64,000 nt of DNA, from positions 1,504,001 to 1,568,000 of the forward strand of contig OZ245033.1 in NCBI GenBank assembly GCA_965224025.1. The letters are read 5' to 3'. Below the pieces are notes generated by a model that did no database searches, was not told the origin of the DNA, and saw only the letters and a list, made by a program, of their open reading frames with translations. This DNA is from Candidatus Multivorans sp. Its GTDB lineage: Bacteria; Acidobacteriota; Thermoanaerobaculia; Multivoradales; Multivoraceae. Made by a program: the position numbers and the translations under genes. The stretch's first letter is position 1; the number at the start of each line of letters is the position of its first letter. Shown in pieces: positions 41,421 through 50,854 of this stretch.

Positions 41421-42287
41421 GTGACTCGGCCGCGCAGAGGCGTTCCCCCGCTCCGGAGGTCCCTGGGCCAGCATCATCTTCGGCATCCCGGGTCCGCGGC
41501 TGCGGCCGTCGACTTTCTGAACATCGCCGGTCGCAGCGTAGTGGAGATCGGCCCCGGCGGCGGTGTGCTCACCCGCCTGCTCCTGGAACGCGGCGCGAGC
41601 CGCGTGGTTGCCTGCGAACTCGACCTGCTGTGGACGATGGAGCTGCGCCGCCGGATCGTGGATCCGCGCCTGGTCCTGATCGCCGGCGACGGCTGCGATC
41701 TTCGCTACGAGAGAGCGCCTGCGTCGACCCGGATCGCCGGCAACCTGCCGTACAACGTGGCGACCCGGATCGTTCTCGCCGTCCTCGAGAGGGCGCCGTT
41801 TGGCGCCCGGGCGGCGTTCCTGGTGCAGCGCGAGGTCGCGGACCGGCTGGCGGCGGCACCGGGCGATTCCGACTACGGAGGATTGAGCGTCCTGGCCGCT
41901 GCGCGGGCCACGGTGCGCCGGCTGTCGGTCGTCCTGCCCGGTAGTTTCGTGCCGCCGCCCGCCGTGACCAGCGCGTTCGTGGGACTGGAGCGTGTCGCCC
42001 CGCCGGTCGACGAGACTGAGTGGTCCGCGTTTGCCGGCTTCGTGCGCACCGCCTTCAGCCAGCGTCGCAAGACGCTGCTGAACAACTTCCGGTCGAGCGT
42101 CGGCCGGCCTGCCGCCGCAGCAGCGCTCGCGGCGCTGGACTTGCCGCCCAAGGCGCGGGCCGAGAGTCTGGGCCTGTCCGAGTTCGTTGGCTTGTTCCGC
42201 GAAATGAAGTCCAACCGGCGCCCGGGCTCGGCGAGGACCGCACCTACGGCGACCTCGGGCAGGAGAGGTCAGGCGGAGCACGCATGA
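41421..42287 (+). CDS. rsmA: 16S rRNA adenine dimethyltransferase RsmA/KsgA
   Basis: RRSLGQHHL, VEIGPGGG, GNLPYN, VQREVADR, AFSQRRKTL, RAESL. Confidence 0.94.
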   Translation: MTRPRRGVPPLRRSLGQHHLRHPGSAAAAVDFLNIAGRSVVEIGPGGGVLTRLLLERGASRVVACELDLLWTMELRRRIVDPRLVLIAGDGCDLRYERAPASTRIAGNLPYNVATRIVLAVLERAPFGARAAFLVQREVADRLAAAPGDSDYGGLSVLAAARATVRRLSVVLPGSFVPPPAVTSAFVGLERVAPPVDETEWSAFAGFVRTAFSQRRKTLLNNFRSSVGRPAAAAALAALDLPPKARAESLGLSEFVGLFREMKSNRRPGSARTAPTATSGRRGQAEHA

Positions 42288-42370
42288 GCAACGCATGAAC
42301 AACCGCATATAGCCATATTCGACTGAATGGGCTACAATCGTGTGCCCGTGCATGTTCCCGTCATGACTGG

Positions 42371-44746
42371 TTGTCGAGGGCGCCGGTGATTCGCTCGGAC
42401 GATGGCGCCCGGCGGTTCGGTCTGGGCGGGCTGCCGGCGGGCAAGAGCGTCGAGCTGATCGGCCTCTTCCTGCTCGCCCTGGGCGCGCTGCTGCTGCTCA
42501 GCCTGCTGAGCTACCAGCCGAGCGACCCCAGTTTCATGCGGAGCGGCGCGAACTCCGGCGAGACCGGGAACCTGATCGGTCCGGTCGGCGCCCAGGTTGC
42601 GGCTGCCGGCTACGGGATTCTGGGGCTGGCGGTCGTGGTGGTGGCGTTGGCGGTTCTCGGCCTGGGCTACCGGCTCGTGCGTGCGCGCGGCAGCTTTCCC
42701 TCGCTGCTGCAGGGCGCCGGCGTTGCCATCGCGCTGATCGCCTTGCCGACCCTGATCGATCTCGCTGTCGGGGAAGTGCAGATCCGCGGCGAGCCCCTGC
42801 TTGCCGGCGGTCTCGTGGGACGGGCGATCTCCGGTGGCATTCAGAGCCAACTGGGCGCCATCGGCGCCGCGGTGATCGCCCTGTTCGGGCTCACCTTCGG
42901 CATCGCGCTGACCATGCGAGGCAGCCTTGAGGAGTGGCTGGCCGGGGCTCTGGGCCGGCTCAAGGAACTGGTCGTCCTCCTCACGGGGAAGCTGAGGCGC
43001 GGGCCGAAGACTGCCAGGGCGAAGAAGGCCGGCCGGCGCGCGAAGACCGCCACCGCCGAGCCGCTCGCCGATTCGCCGCTTCAGGAACTCAGGCTCCGCA
43101 AGGCGCCTTCGGAAGAGAGGGTCGAGGTCCTCGGACCGAAGGCCGCGCGGCCGGAGGAGTCGGCTCCTGGCGTGGTGGCGCCGAAGGTGAATCCGCCTGC
43201 ATCCTTGGCGGCCAAGCCGACCAACGGCACGGGCGCCCAGATGGCCGACGGCCCCGAGCTGCCGCCGATCGATCTCCTGCACTGCGAGGAAGTCAACTCG
43301 GAAGTCGACGAGGATGAGGTCCGCGAACTCGGCGAGCTGATCTGTGCCCGCTGCGCGGAGTTCGGTGTCGAGGGGACGATCGAGGGGATCAGCCCCGGTC
43401 CGGTGATCACCGTGTTCGAGTTCCAGCCGGCGCCGGGGATCAAGGTCGCCCAGATCATCAACCTGCAGGACGACCTGGCGCTTTCGTTGAAGGCGGAAGC
43501 GATCCGGATCGATCGCATGCAAGGCCGCTCCACGCTCGGCATCGAAGTGCCGAACACGCGGCGAACGGTCATCCCGCTGGGTCGCCTGCTGAACGCTCCC
43601 GAGTTCCGGGCGAACACGTCGCCCCTGACCATGGCGTTGGGGCGGACTCTGCGCGGCGAACCGTACTACGCCGATCTTACGAAGATGCCGCACCTGCTGG
43701 TTGCGGGCGCCACCGGCGCCGGCAAGAGCGTCGGCCTGCAGGGGATGCTGACCTCGATTCTGTACAAGGCGCGAAGCGATGAGGTCCAGTTCATCCTGAT
43801 CGACCCGAAGCGGATTGAACTGGGGGTGTACGCGGACATTCCGCACCTGAAGACCGCGGTCGTGGTGGAGCCGAAGCAGGCTGCCAACGCTCTGCGCTGG
43901 GCGGTGGCGGAGATGGAGCGCCGCTACCGGCTGCTGGCGGAGGTCCATGTCCGATCGATCGCCTTCTACAACCAGGCGATCGCGGATCCCGAGGTGGCCC
44001 GGCGCCTGCGGCTCCGGGACGAAGAGGCGGACGAGCTCGCGGCGCCGCGCGACTTCGAACCTCTCCCGTACTACGTGATCGTGATCGACGAGCTGGCCGA
44101 CCTGATGATGGTGGCTTCGTCCGAAGTCGAGACGTCGATCGCCCGCCTCGCGCAGATGGCCCGGGCCGTCGGCATACACCTGATCGTCGCCACCCAGCGC
44201 CCGTCGGTCGACGTGCTGACCGGCACGATCAAGGCGAACTTCCCGTGCCGGCTCTCCTACGCGGCCGCCACGCGACACGACTCGCGGACGATCCTCGATC
44301 AGATCGGTGCGGAGAAGCTGCTGGGCAAGGGTGACATGCTGTTCATGCCGCCGGGCAGCGGCCGCACGATCCGTCTGCACGGCGCGTACGTCACCGAACA
44401 GGAGACGGCGGCGCTCGTCCGCTGGCTCAAGCGCCAGGGCCAGCCCAATCTGGATCCGGCGGTGCTGGAACCGCCGCCGGAAGATCGGGCGGCTGCCGGA
44501 GGTGAACACGGAGGCGGAGACGCGCTCTACGACGAGGCCACGCGGTTGGTGGTCTCGGAACGGATGGGATCGGCGAGTTTCCTTCAGCGTCGCATGAGGG
44601 TCGGCTTCTCCCGTGCCTCGCGCCTGGTCGACCTGATGGAGCAGGACGGAATCCTGGGGCCGGCCCAAGGCAGCAAGCCGCGCGATGTCCTGGTGCCGCC
44701 GGACTTCTTCGAAGAGATCGAGCAGTCGCAGATCGCCTTCGAGTAG
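42371..44746 (+). CDS. ftsK: DNA translocase FtsK
   Basis: 4-TM N-terminus, MPHLLVAGATGAGKS, IDPK, IDELADLMM, ATQRPSVDV, gamma domain FLQRRMRVGFSRASR. Confidence 0.97.
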   Translation: MSRAPVIRSDDGARRFGLGGLPAGKSVELIGLFLLALGALLLLSLLSYQPSDPSFMRSGANSGETGNLIGPVGAQVAAAGYGILGLAVVVVALAVLGLGYRLVRARGSFPSLLQGAGVAIALIALPTLIDLAVGEVQIRGEPLLAGGLVGRAISGGIQSQLGAIGAAVIALFGLTFGIALTMRGSLEEWLAGALGRLKELVVLLTGKLRRGPKTARAKKAGRRAKTATAEPLADSPLQELRLRKAPSEERVEVLGPKAARPEESAPGVVAPKVNPPASLAAKPTNGTGAQMADGPELPPIDLLHCEEVNSEVDEDEVRELGELICARCAEFGVEGTIEGISPGPVITVFEFQPAPGIKVAQIINLQDDLALSLKAEAIRIDRMQGRSTLGIEVPNTRRTVIPLGRLLNAPEFRANTSPLTMALGRTLRGEPYYADLTKMPHLLVAGATGAGKSVGLQGMLTSILYKARSDEVQFILIDPKRIELGVYADIPHLKTAVVVEPKQAANALRWAVAEMERRYRLLAEVHVRSIAFYNQAIADPEVARRLRLRDEEADELAAPRDFEPLPYYVIVIDELADLMMVASSEVETSIARLAQMARAVGIHLIVATQRPSVDVLTGTIKANFPCRLSYAAATRHDSRTILDQIGAEKLLGKGDMLFMPPGSGRTIRLHGAYVTEQETAALVRWLKRQGQPNLDPAVLEPPPEDRAAAGGEHGGGDALYDEATRLVVSERMGSASFLQRRMRVGFSRASRLVDLMEQDGILGPAQGSKPRDVLVPPDFFEEIEQSQIAFE

Positions 44747-44798
44747 GAGGCTGTGCCGAAGAACGCCACGGAGTGAGTTCTGCAGGCACGGCCTGCTA
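44744..44798. repeat. Short inverted-repeat element starting at the ftsK TAG stop
   Basis: taggaggctgtgccgaagaac ... gttctgcaggcacggcctgcta imperfect IR. Confidence 0.55.
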
Positions 44799-44915
44799 CT
44801 GAGGTGGAGGATGGGGCCAGGCACCGAGTCTGCGAGGGGCTTGGCGGCGGTAGGGGCGCCGCCTGCCGGGAACGGGGACGCCGTCGCCGGCCGGTCGCGT
44901 AGTCTCCCGGGCATC

Positions 44916-45914
44916 GTGTCCGCGCCGCGACGACTCGACCGCATCGCTTTCTTCGGCACGCCCGAGTTCGCGGTCCCGGCGCTGGGCGCGCTGGAGGCTG
45001 CCGGCCGGCGGCCGCTCCTCGTCGTCAGCCAGCCGGCGCGCCGGGCGGGTCGGGGCGGCCGTCTGGCCCAACCGCCCGTGGCTCGCTGGGCGCTCGACCG
45101 GGGCGTGGACCTGCTGCAGCCGACGGGGGTGCGAGGCGCCGCCTTCCTGGGCCGGCTGGGCGACCTGAAGCTGGACTTCGCCGTGGTTGCGGCGTACGGT
45201 CGCATCTTCCCCCGCGCCCTGCTCGAACTGCCGGCGGGCGGCTGTGTGAACATTCATGCGTCGCTGCTGCCGGCCTATCGAGGCGCGTCACCGATCCAGG
45301 CCGCGATAGCGGCCGGAGAGGGGAAGACCGGTGTGACGACGATGGTCATGGAGGAAGGCCTCGACAGCGGACCGATCCTGCTTCAGGAAGAAGCGCCGAT
45401 CGGCGTGGACGAGACCGCCGGCGAGTTGTCGCCGCGGCTGGCCGCGATCGGCGCCCGACTTCTCGTCCGCACGCTCGAGGCGCTGGAAGCCGGCGCCGTC
45501 GAGCCGCGGCCGCAGCGCGACGCGGCGGCGACCTATGCCCCGATGCTGCGTTCGGAAGACGGCGTCGTGGACTGGAGGCGGGAGTCGAGAGAGATCGCCT
45601 GGCGGGTGCGCGCCTACGAGCCGTGGCCGGGGTCGCGGAGTTGGCTTCGCGGCGAGGCGGTACGGATCGTCGCGTCGCGGCCGCTGGCATCGTGTGCCGG
45701 CGGCGATGGCCGGGCCGACCTGGATCGACCTGGCGCCTTCCTCGGCTGCCGGAGAGTCGAGGGAATCGGACGGGCGCCGGTGGTCCGGTGCGGCGCCTCG
45801 TCGGCGCTGGCGCTCCGCCGGGTGCAGCGGCCGGGCGGGCGGCAGATCAGCGGCCTCGATCTGGTGAACGGGCTGCGCCTCGCAGTGGGCGAGCGCTTCG
45901 GAGCGGCGGAGTGA
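44916..45914 (+). CDS. fmt: Methionyl-tRNA formyltransferase
   Basis: FFGTPEFA, VAAYG, NIHASLLPAYRGASPI, GLDSG. Confidence 0.96.
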   Translation: MSAPRRLDRIAFFGTPEFAVPALGALEAAGRRPLLVVSQPARRAGRGGRLAQPPVARWALDRGVDLLQPTGVRGAAFLGRLGDLKLDFAVVAAYGRIFPRALLELPAGGCVNIHASLLPAYRGASPIQAAIAAGEGKTGVTTMVMEEGLDSGPILLQEEAPIGVDETAGELSPRLAAIGARLLVRTLEALEAGAVEPRPQRDAAATYAPMLRSEDGVVDWRRESREIAWRVRAYEPWPGSRSWLRGEAVRIVASRPLASCAGGDGRADLDRPGAFLGCRRVEGIGRAPVVRCGASSALALRRVQRPGGRQISGLDLVNGLRLAVGERFGAAE

Positions 45915-45976
45915 CTCGTCGGCGGGCCATCCGGAATCTGGATTCCCGCGGCGGCTGGCGCCGGCGGGATACGGCG

Positions 45977-47311
45977 ATGACGGCACACGCCAAGGTCCGG
46001 GAATCGGCGGGCTTCGTGCTCGAGCGGACTCTGGATTCGAAGGCGCCCGTGTCGACGTTTCTCGACGGCGCGCTTGAACGCTGCGATCCGCGCGACCACG
46101 CGCTGCTGCGGGAACTCGTGCTCGGGACGCTGCGTTGGTTGCGCTTCATCGACCACGTCCTGGTCGCCGCCTCGCGGCGGCCGCTGGACCGCATTCAGCG
46201 GGCCCTGCTGGCGCCGCTGCGGATCGGCGCGTATCAACTCTTCTTTCTGGACCGCGTACCGGCCCACGCGGCGGTCAACGAGGCCGTTGAGCAGGCCGGA
46301 AGCCGCACTCACGCGGGCGGCGCCAGCTTCGTCAATGGCGTGCTTCGAGGGATTGCCCGCTCACCGCGCCGCGACGACTGGCCGGCCGATACCGCCGATC
46401 GGACGACGCGGTTGGGAATCCTCTACTCCCACCCGGACCTGCTGGTCGAGCGTTGGCTGAGCACCTACGGTGAGGAGCGAACGATCGCCCTGTTGGGCGC
46501 CAACAACCGTCCCAAGCCGCTGCACCTGCTCGCATTCCGCGATCGAGGCGGCCGCGCCCCGCTGGCGGAACAGTTGATCGACGATGATGTCGGAGTCGAG
46601 CCGTCGGTCCTGGCGCCGCACTGCGTGACGGTCCGGTGGGGGAATCCGCTGACTTCGGACGCCTACCGGCAGGGCGGCTTCTACGTGCAGGACGAGGCAA
46701 GTCAGTTGGCCGCGATCGTGCCGCCGCCCGAGTCCGGCGAGAGCGTGTTGGACGTGGCCGCGGCCCCGGGGGGCAAGACATTCGCGCTGCTGGCCGAGCA
46801 GCCGGACATCCGCAGCATTGCCGCTGACCAGTCCCTGCGGCGCCTGGTCACCATGAGCCGGAATGCCGCACGCCTCCAACTTCGGCCCCAGCTTCTGGCC
46901 GCGGACGGCGTTGCCCTCCCCTTCGGGCCCGTCTTCGACCGGGTCGTCGTCGACCTGCCGTGCAGCGGAACCGGCACGTTGCGCAAGCACCCCGAACTGA
47001 AGTGGCGGATCAGCGCCGGTGAGATCGAGCGGCTCTCGGCGCAGGGTCTGGCCATGGTGCGGGGCGCGTCAGAGTGTGTTCGCCCGGGAGGCCTGCTTGT
47101 CGTCATCACCTGTTCCATCGAGCCGGAGGAGAACGAGGCCGTGGCCGCGGCTTTCCTGGAGTCCCGGGCCGGTTTTCGCCGGCGGGATCTCGCGGGCGAT
47201 CTTCGCCGGCCCGAGGTGGAGCACGTCGCGGGATTCGGCGTGTGGCGTCTCCTGCCGGCCGACGATCATGACGGCTTCACGGTGCAAGTGCTCGAGCGGA
47301 CCGCCGACTGA
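45977..47311 (+). CDS. rsmB: 16S rRNA m5C967 methyltransferase RsmB/Sun
   Basis: NusB-like N-terminus (HAAVNEAV, FVNGVLR), VQDEASQ, DVAAAPGGKT, DLPCSGTG, TCSIEPEENE. Confidence 0.95.
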   Translation: MTAHAKVRESAGFVLERTLDSKAPVSTFLDGALERCDPRDHALLRELVLGTLRWLRFIDHVLVAASRRPLDRIQRALLAPLRIGAYQLFFLDRVPAHAAVNEAVEQAGSRTHAGGASFVNGVLRGIARSPRRDDWPADTADRTTRLGILYSHPDLLVERWLSTYGEERTIALLGANNRPKPLHLLAFRDRGGRAPLAEQLIDDDVGVEPSVLAPHCVTVRWGNPLTSDAYRQGGFYVQDEASQLAAIVPPPESGESVLDVAAAPGGKTFALLAEQPDIRSIAADQSLRRLVTMSRNAARLQLRPQLLAADGVALPFGPVFDRVVVDLPCSGTGTLRKHPELKWRISAGEIERLSAQGLAMVRGASECVRPGGLLVVITCSIEPEENEAVAAAFLESRAGFRRRDLAGDLRRPEVEHVAGFGVWRLLPADDHDGFTVQVLERTAD

Positions 47312-47411
47312 CGCGGACCTTCCAGGTTGTCTTGGAGTTCTGACCCGATCCGACAGGCGGCGTCCTGTTTCGCGCGGTGAGACGGAACGCAGCCGTAAGT
47401 CCAAGTCGGCG

Positions 47412-47441
47412 TTGACAAAGAGGGCCGTTCTGGCCTAGATT
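47412..47441 (+). promoter_or_regulatory. Putative sigma70 promoter of hup
   Basis: TTGACA-18 nt-TAGATT. Confidence 0.6.
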
Positions 47442-47616
47442 CGGCGAGTGTTCTGGAGTTGGTCAAGAAATTCCCGAGCATACCGGAAGTGGAGTCCGAA
47501 TGCCAGATGCCAAGTGCCTGCCGATTCACGTACCGTGCCTCCGGCTTGAGCACTGGAAGAACGGTTGACGGGCCGATCCACACAGTTCACACCAAAGACT
47601 CTAAGGAGCACACTAG

Positions 47617-47892
47617 ATGGCCGGAAAGGCAGACATCGTAGAAGCCGTCGCCGATGGCGCGGGTTTGAGCAAGAAGCAGGCGGCGGATGCCGTCCAGTCC
47701 CTGATCGACAGCATCTCCGGCCACCTGCAGGACGGTGATCGTGTGCAACTGCCGGGCCTCGGGAGTTTCTCCGTTTCGCACCGTGCCGGCCGCATGGGCC
47801 GCAACCCGAAGACGGGCGAGTCGATCCAGATTGCCGCGAGCAACGGCGTTCGCTTCAAGGTCAGCCGTCCGCTCAAGGACGCTCTGAACTAG
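47617..47892 (+). CDS. hup: DNA-binding protein HU
   Basis: GLGSF, RMGRNPKTGESIQI, LKDALN; SD taaggag. Confidence 0.96.
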   Translation: MAGKADIVEAVADGAGLSKKQAADAVQSLIDSISGHLQDGDRVQLPGLGSFSVSHRAGRMGRNPKTGESIQIAASNGVRFKVSRPLKDALN

Positions 47893-47911
47893 TGGACTCG
47901 GTCCACTAGTT
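47887..47911 (+). terminator. Perfect hairpin overlapping the hup stop (possible terminator or processing site)
   Basis: AACTAGTGGAC-TCG-GTCCACTAGTT; no clear U-tract. Confidence 0.45.
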
Positions 47912-47937
47912 GCCGTTACAGGCCACTAGACTCCTTG

Positions 47938-48201
47938 AACGAGCGTGGTCTTTGCAGTTGAGGCAAGTTTCAGCCAGAGCCATGCATCGATACGTCGGCT
48001 CGCGTAGCCCGCAAGGACATGCTCGTCGGTCTGAGGCGAAGCCTCGCTAGAGCTACCGGAGCCTCCGCGCGCGTCAGGGGGCTGCTCCGCAGGACCGTAT
48101 CGTTCTGTGGCGCAGCCTCCTACTACGCGGAGGGGAGCGAAAGCTCGCGCACGCCGCTGCGCGCTCGATGCCGGCCGAGAGGCCGGGCGCACCCGGTAGT
48201 T
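47938..48201 (+). ncRNA. Candidate structured RNA or nested-palindrome cluster
   Basis: Multiple long stems with G-U pairs and GNRA loops (gagc-GAAA-gctc, ccggcc-GAGA-ggccgg); no Rfam family recognised by eye. Confidence 0.3.
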
Positions 48202-48885
48202 TCAGCGCACCAGGCGGTAGAAGCCGGCGAGGCGCGCGGGCTTGATGCCGGCTGCGAAGAGCAGCCAGATCAGCCAATTCGTCGCCACCGTCCGAACGAC
48301 CCCGCGTTCGATGAATCGGCGTGACGAGGTGGTAGCGCGTTGGGAGACGATCGAGATCGATCCTCGCCGACGGAGTCGCCGGATGAAGTCCAGATCTTCG
48401 AGGATGGGAAGGTCGGCGAAACCGCCGCAGCCGGCGTAGGCCGCCGCGGTGGCGAATTGCGCCTGGTCGCCGAGCGGCATACGCAGCCGCTTCGTACGGA
48501 GATCGACCAGGCGACGGCCCAGGCGCAAGAGCGGCGGCGCGGCTTCGAAGTCGACCAGGAATCCGCCGCCGACGGCCTTGCTGTCGACCGCTTGCTCTAT
48601 GGCGGGTCGAGCCGAGACGGGGAGGCGTGTGTCGGCGTGGAGGAACAGCAGAACGTCGGCGCCGGCGTCGAGCGCCAGGGCAGCGCCGGTGCGCAGTTGC
48701 AGACCACGCCCCGGTCTCGGCGCGGTCGCCACCGTGGCGCCGGCTCGCCGCGCCAGTTCCACCGTGCGATCCCGGCTGCCTCCGTCGACGACGATCAGAT
48801 CGTCGCAGTGGTTGCGGGCGGCGGCGACCGCCGCCTGCACGGCGCCCTCTTCCTGGAGCACCGGCATGACGATGGCGAGGCGCAT
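48202..48885 (-). CDS. GT2 glycosyltransferase, TIGR04283-like
   Basis: IVMPVLQE, VVDGGSRDRT, FLHADT, LGDQAQF, ILEDL, TSSRR. Confidence 0.88.
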   Translation of the reverse strand: MRLAIVMPVLQEEGAVQAAVAAARNHCDDLIVVDGGSRDRTVELARRAGATVATAPRPGRGLQLRTGAALALDAGADVLLFLHADTRLPVSARPAIEQAVDSKAVGGGFLVDFEAAPPLLRLGRRLVDLRTKRLRMPLGDQAQFATAAAYAGCGGFADLPILEDLDFIRRLRRRGSISIVSQRATTSSRRFIERGVVRTVATNWLIWLLFAAGIKPARLAGFYRLVR

Positions 48886-48955
48886 TCCGGGCTGTCAGGT
48901 TTGCGAGTGACCCGGGCGCCGCATGACGATGGCGAGGTGCATCGTGCGGTAGGTT
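48864..48955. repeat. 57-bp-period duplication of the glycosyltransferase start region
   Basis: Minus strand ATGCACCTCGCCATCGTCATGC at 48942 versus ATGCGCCTCGCCATCGTCATGC at 48885. Confidence 0.75.
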
Positions 48956-49000
48956 AGCCGCCTCCGCGGGTCGCCTGTTGTCGCGTCCCGCATCGCCGGT

Positions 49001-49477
49001 ATGGGCGCCGACTCCTCCTTCAGCCACCTCGACCGTCGCGGGCGCGCGGCCATGGTCGATGTCTCGGCCAAAGACGTGACCCGCAGGGTGGCCGAGGCCT
49101 CCTGCCGGGTGCTGCTGTCCGCCGAGACGGTCGATCGGTTGGAAAAGCTGCCCAAGGGCGACGCCCGCACCGTGGCCCGGGTGGCCGGCGTGCAGGCAGC
49201 CAAGAGCACGGCAACCTGGGTGCCGCTCGCTCATCCATTGCCGCTGGACCAGGTGGAAGTGGAGATCGAACCCGCCGAGGGGGGCGTGGCGATTCGCAGC
49301 CGCGTGGTGGTCACCGCGCGTACCGGCGCCGAGATGGAGGCATTGACCGCGTGCGCGGCGGCATCGCTCGCGCTCTACGACATGGTCAAGTCGGTCGAAC
49401 GCGGCGCCGTGATCACCGATCTGCTGCTGGAGGCCAAGAGCGGCGGTCGAAGCGGCGAGTACCGCCGCAGCCGCTGA
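49001..49477 (+). CDS. moaC: Cyclic pyranopterin monophosphate synthase MoaC
   Basis: SHLD, MVDVSAK, PKGD, AAK, PLAHP, TGAEMEAL, YDMVKS, KSGGRSG. Confidence 0.95.
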   Translation: MGADSSFSHLDRRGRAAMVDVSAKDVTRRVAEASCRVLLSAETVDRLEKLPKGDARTVARVAGVQAAKSTATWVPLAHPLPLDQVEVEIEPAEGGVAIRSRVVVTARTGAEMEALTACAAASLALYDMVKSVERGAVITDLLLEAKSGGRSGEYRRSR

Positions 49478-49483
49478 CGTAGC

Positions 49484-50668
49484 GTGGCTATCCGCTGCGG
49501 TCTCGACCGTTTGCTCGATGACGCCGGACGCCTGAAGGGCCGTCGCTACGGGCTTCTTTGCCACCAGGCGTCGCTGAGTCAGGACGGCGTCCACGCCCAC
49601 CTGGCCCTGGGAGCGGCGCAGCCGGCGGCGGCTCTGTTGGGACCGGAGCACGGCTTCTACGGCGTCGAGCAGGACATGGCCGCCTCGCGCGACGAGCGGG
49701 ATCCGTGGACGGGCTCGCCGGTGATCTCGCTCTACGGCGACAATGCCTCCAGCCTGCGTCCCCGGCCGGACGTCTTCGATGGCTGCGACCTCCTGGTGAT
49801 CGATCTCCAGGATGTGGGCGCGCGGTACTACACCTTCGCCGCCACCGCCGTGTGGACGGCCGAGGCCGCGCTCGCCGCGGGCTGCGAAGTCTGGATCCTC
49901 GACCGTCCGAACCCCCTGGGCGGCCGGGACGTGGAGGGCAACCTGCTGGACCTCGACTTCGCCTCCTTCGTGGGCGCATTTGGCATGCCGCAGCGCCACG
50001 GGTTGACGCTGGCTGAGATCGTCCTGCTGGAGGCGCGCCGACGCGGCTGGGACACCGCTTCACTCGCCGTCTTCGAGGTCGAGGGTTGGCGGCGCGAGCA
50101 GAGCTGGCGGGACACGGGCTGGCCGTGGACGGCCCCATCGCCGAACATGCCGACGCCGGACACCGCCGCCATCTACCCGGGGCTGTGCCTTTTCGAAGCG
50201 ACCACGGTGTCCGAGGGTCGCGGCACGACGAGGCCGTTTCAGCTTCTCGGGACGCCCGGCGCCGACGCGCCCGTTCTCGCCGGCCGCTGCTTGGAGCGTC
50301 TCGAAACCGCCGGACTGACCGGTGTCTCCGTCGTCCCGGCCATGTTCAGGCCCCAGTTTCAGAAGCACGCGGGGGCGGTCTGTGCCGGCGTGGAACTCCG
50401 CGTTGTCGACGCCGGGGCCGTTCGGCCGGTGCGCCTCGGGTTCGAGCTGCTGCTCGCCTTTCGCGATGTCCTGGGGCCGGCCTTCGACTGGCGCGCCGAG
50501 CCCTACGAGTTCGTGTTGGACACGCCGGCGATCGACCTGCTCGCCGGTACCGATCGCTTCCGGCTCGGCCTTGAAGCGCCGGACGCGCTCGAACGCTGGT
50601 TCGCGAGCTGGGGCGACGATGAGAGCGAGTTTCGCACCGAGCGCGAATCGGTCTTGCTGTACTCCTGA
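49484..50668 (+). CDS. DUF1343 family exo-beta-N-acetylmuramidase (NamZ/YbbC-like)
   Basis: GPEHGF, SLYG, DLQDVGARYYTF, LDRPNP, RHGLT, PSPNMPT, SEGRGTTRPF. Confidence 0.92.
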   Translation: MAIRCGLDRLLDDAGRLKGRRYGLLCHQASLSQDGVHAHLALGAAQPAAALLGPEHGFYGVEQDMAASRDERDPWTGSPVISLYGDNASSLRPRPDVFDGCDLLVIDLQDVGARYYTFAATAVWTAEAALAAGCEVWILDRPNPLGGRDVEGNLLDLDFASFVGAFGMPQRHGLTLAEIVLLEARRRGWDTASLAVFEVEGWRREQSWRDTGWPWTAPSPNMPTPDTAAIYPGLCLFEATTVSEGRGTTRPFQLLGTPGADAPVLAGRCLERLETAGLTGVSVVPAMFRPQFQKHAGAVCAGVELRVVDAGAVRPVRLGFELLLAFRDVLGPAFDWRAEPYEFVLDTPAIDLLAGTDRFRLGLEAPDALERWFASWGDDESEFRTERESVLLYS

Positions 50669-50729
50669 AGCGCTGCCACAATCCGCCGCGCGGCAGGTCG
50701 CTTCCGGTCCGGCCGTTTCTCAGCCCAGG

Positions 50730-50815
50730 AGCTTGCGCGGCAGAAACTGGGTGCGCGGGCCTTCTGACCCGCATCCGGCGCAAAGCGCCGGTCTCTGGGA
50801 GTTCTGCCGCGCCTA
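50730..50815. repeat. IR element enclosing one REP-like palindrome
   Basis: Outer gcgcggcagaa / ttctgccgcgc; inner ctgggtgcgcgggccttctgacccgcatc resembles the 6692 family. Confidence 0.55.
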
Positions 50816-50854
50816 GCCCAGCCGACCCGAGCCTGAACCCCGACCCGAACCCGA

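Noticed and set aside
42332-45253. 973-aa minus-strand ORF and other long antisense ORFs (e.g. 30132-31964, 48074-49999, 50813-52579)
   Set aside because: Shadow ORFs opposite well-conserved genes, expected from high-GC codon bias.
47938-48201. Assignment of the structured region to tmRNA, RNase P, SRP or 6S RNA
   Set aside because: No tRNA-like CCA end, no GAGGAAAGTCC, no SRP helix-8 motif, and it is multi-branched rather than a single rod; left as an unassigned candidate.
50820-50854. (CCCGAN)n hexamer run before serA
   Set aside because: A short degenerate microsatellite typical of GC-rich intergenic DNA; no evidence of function.
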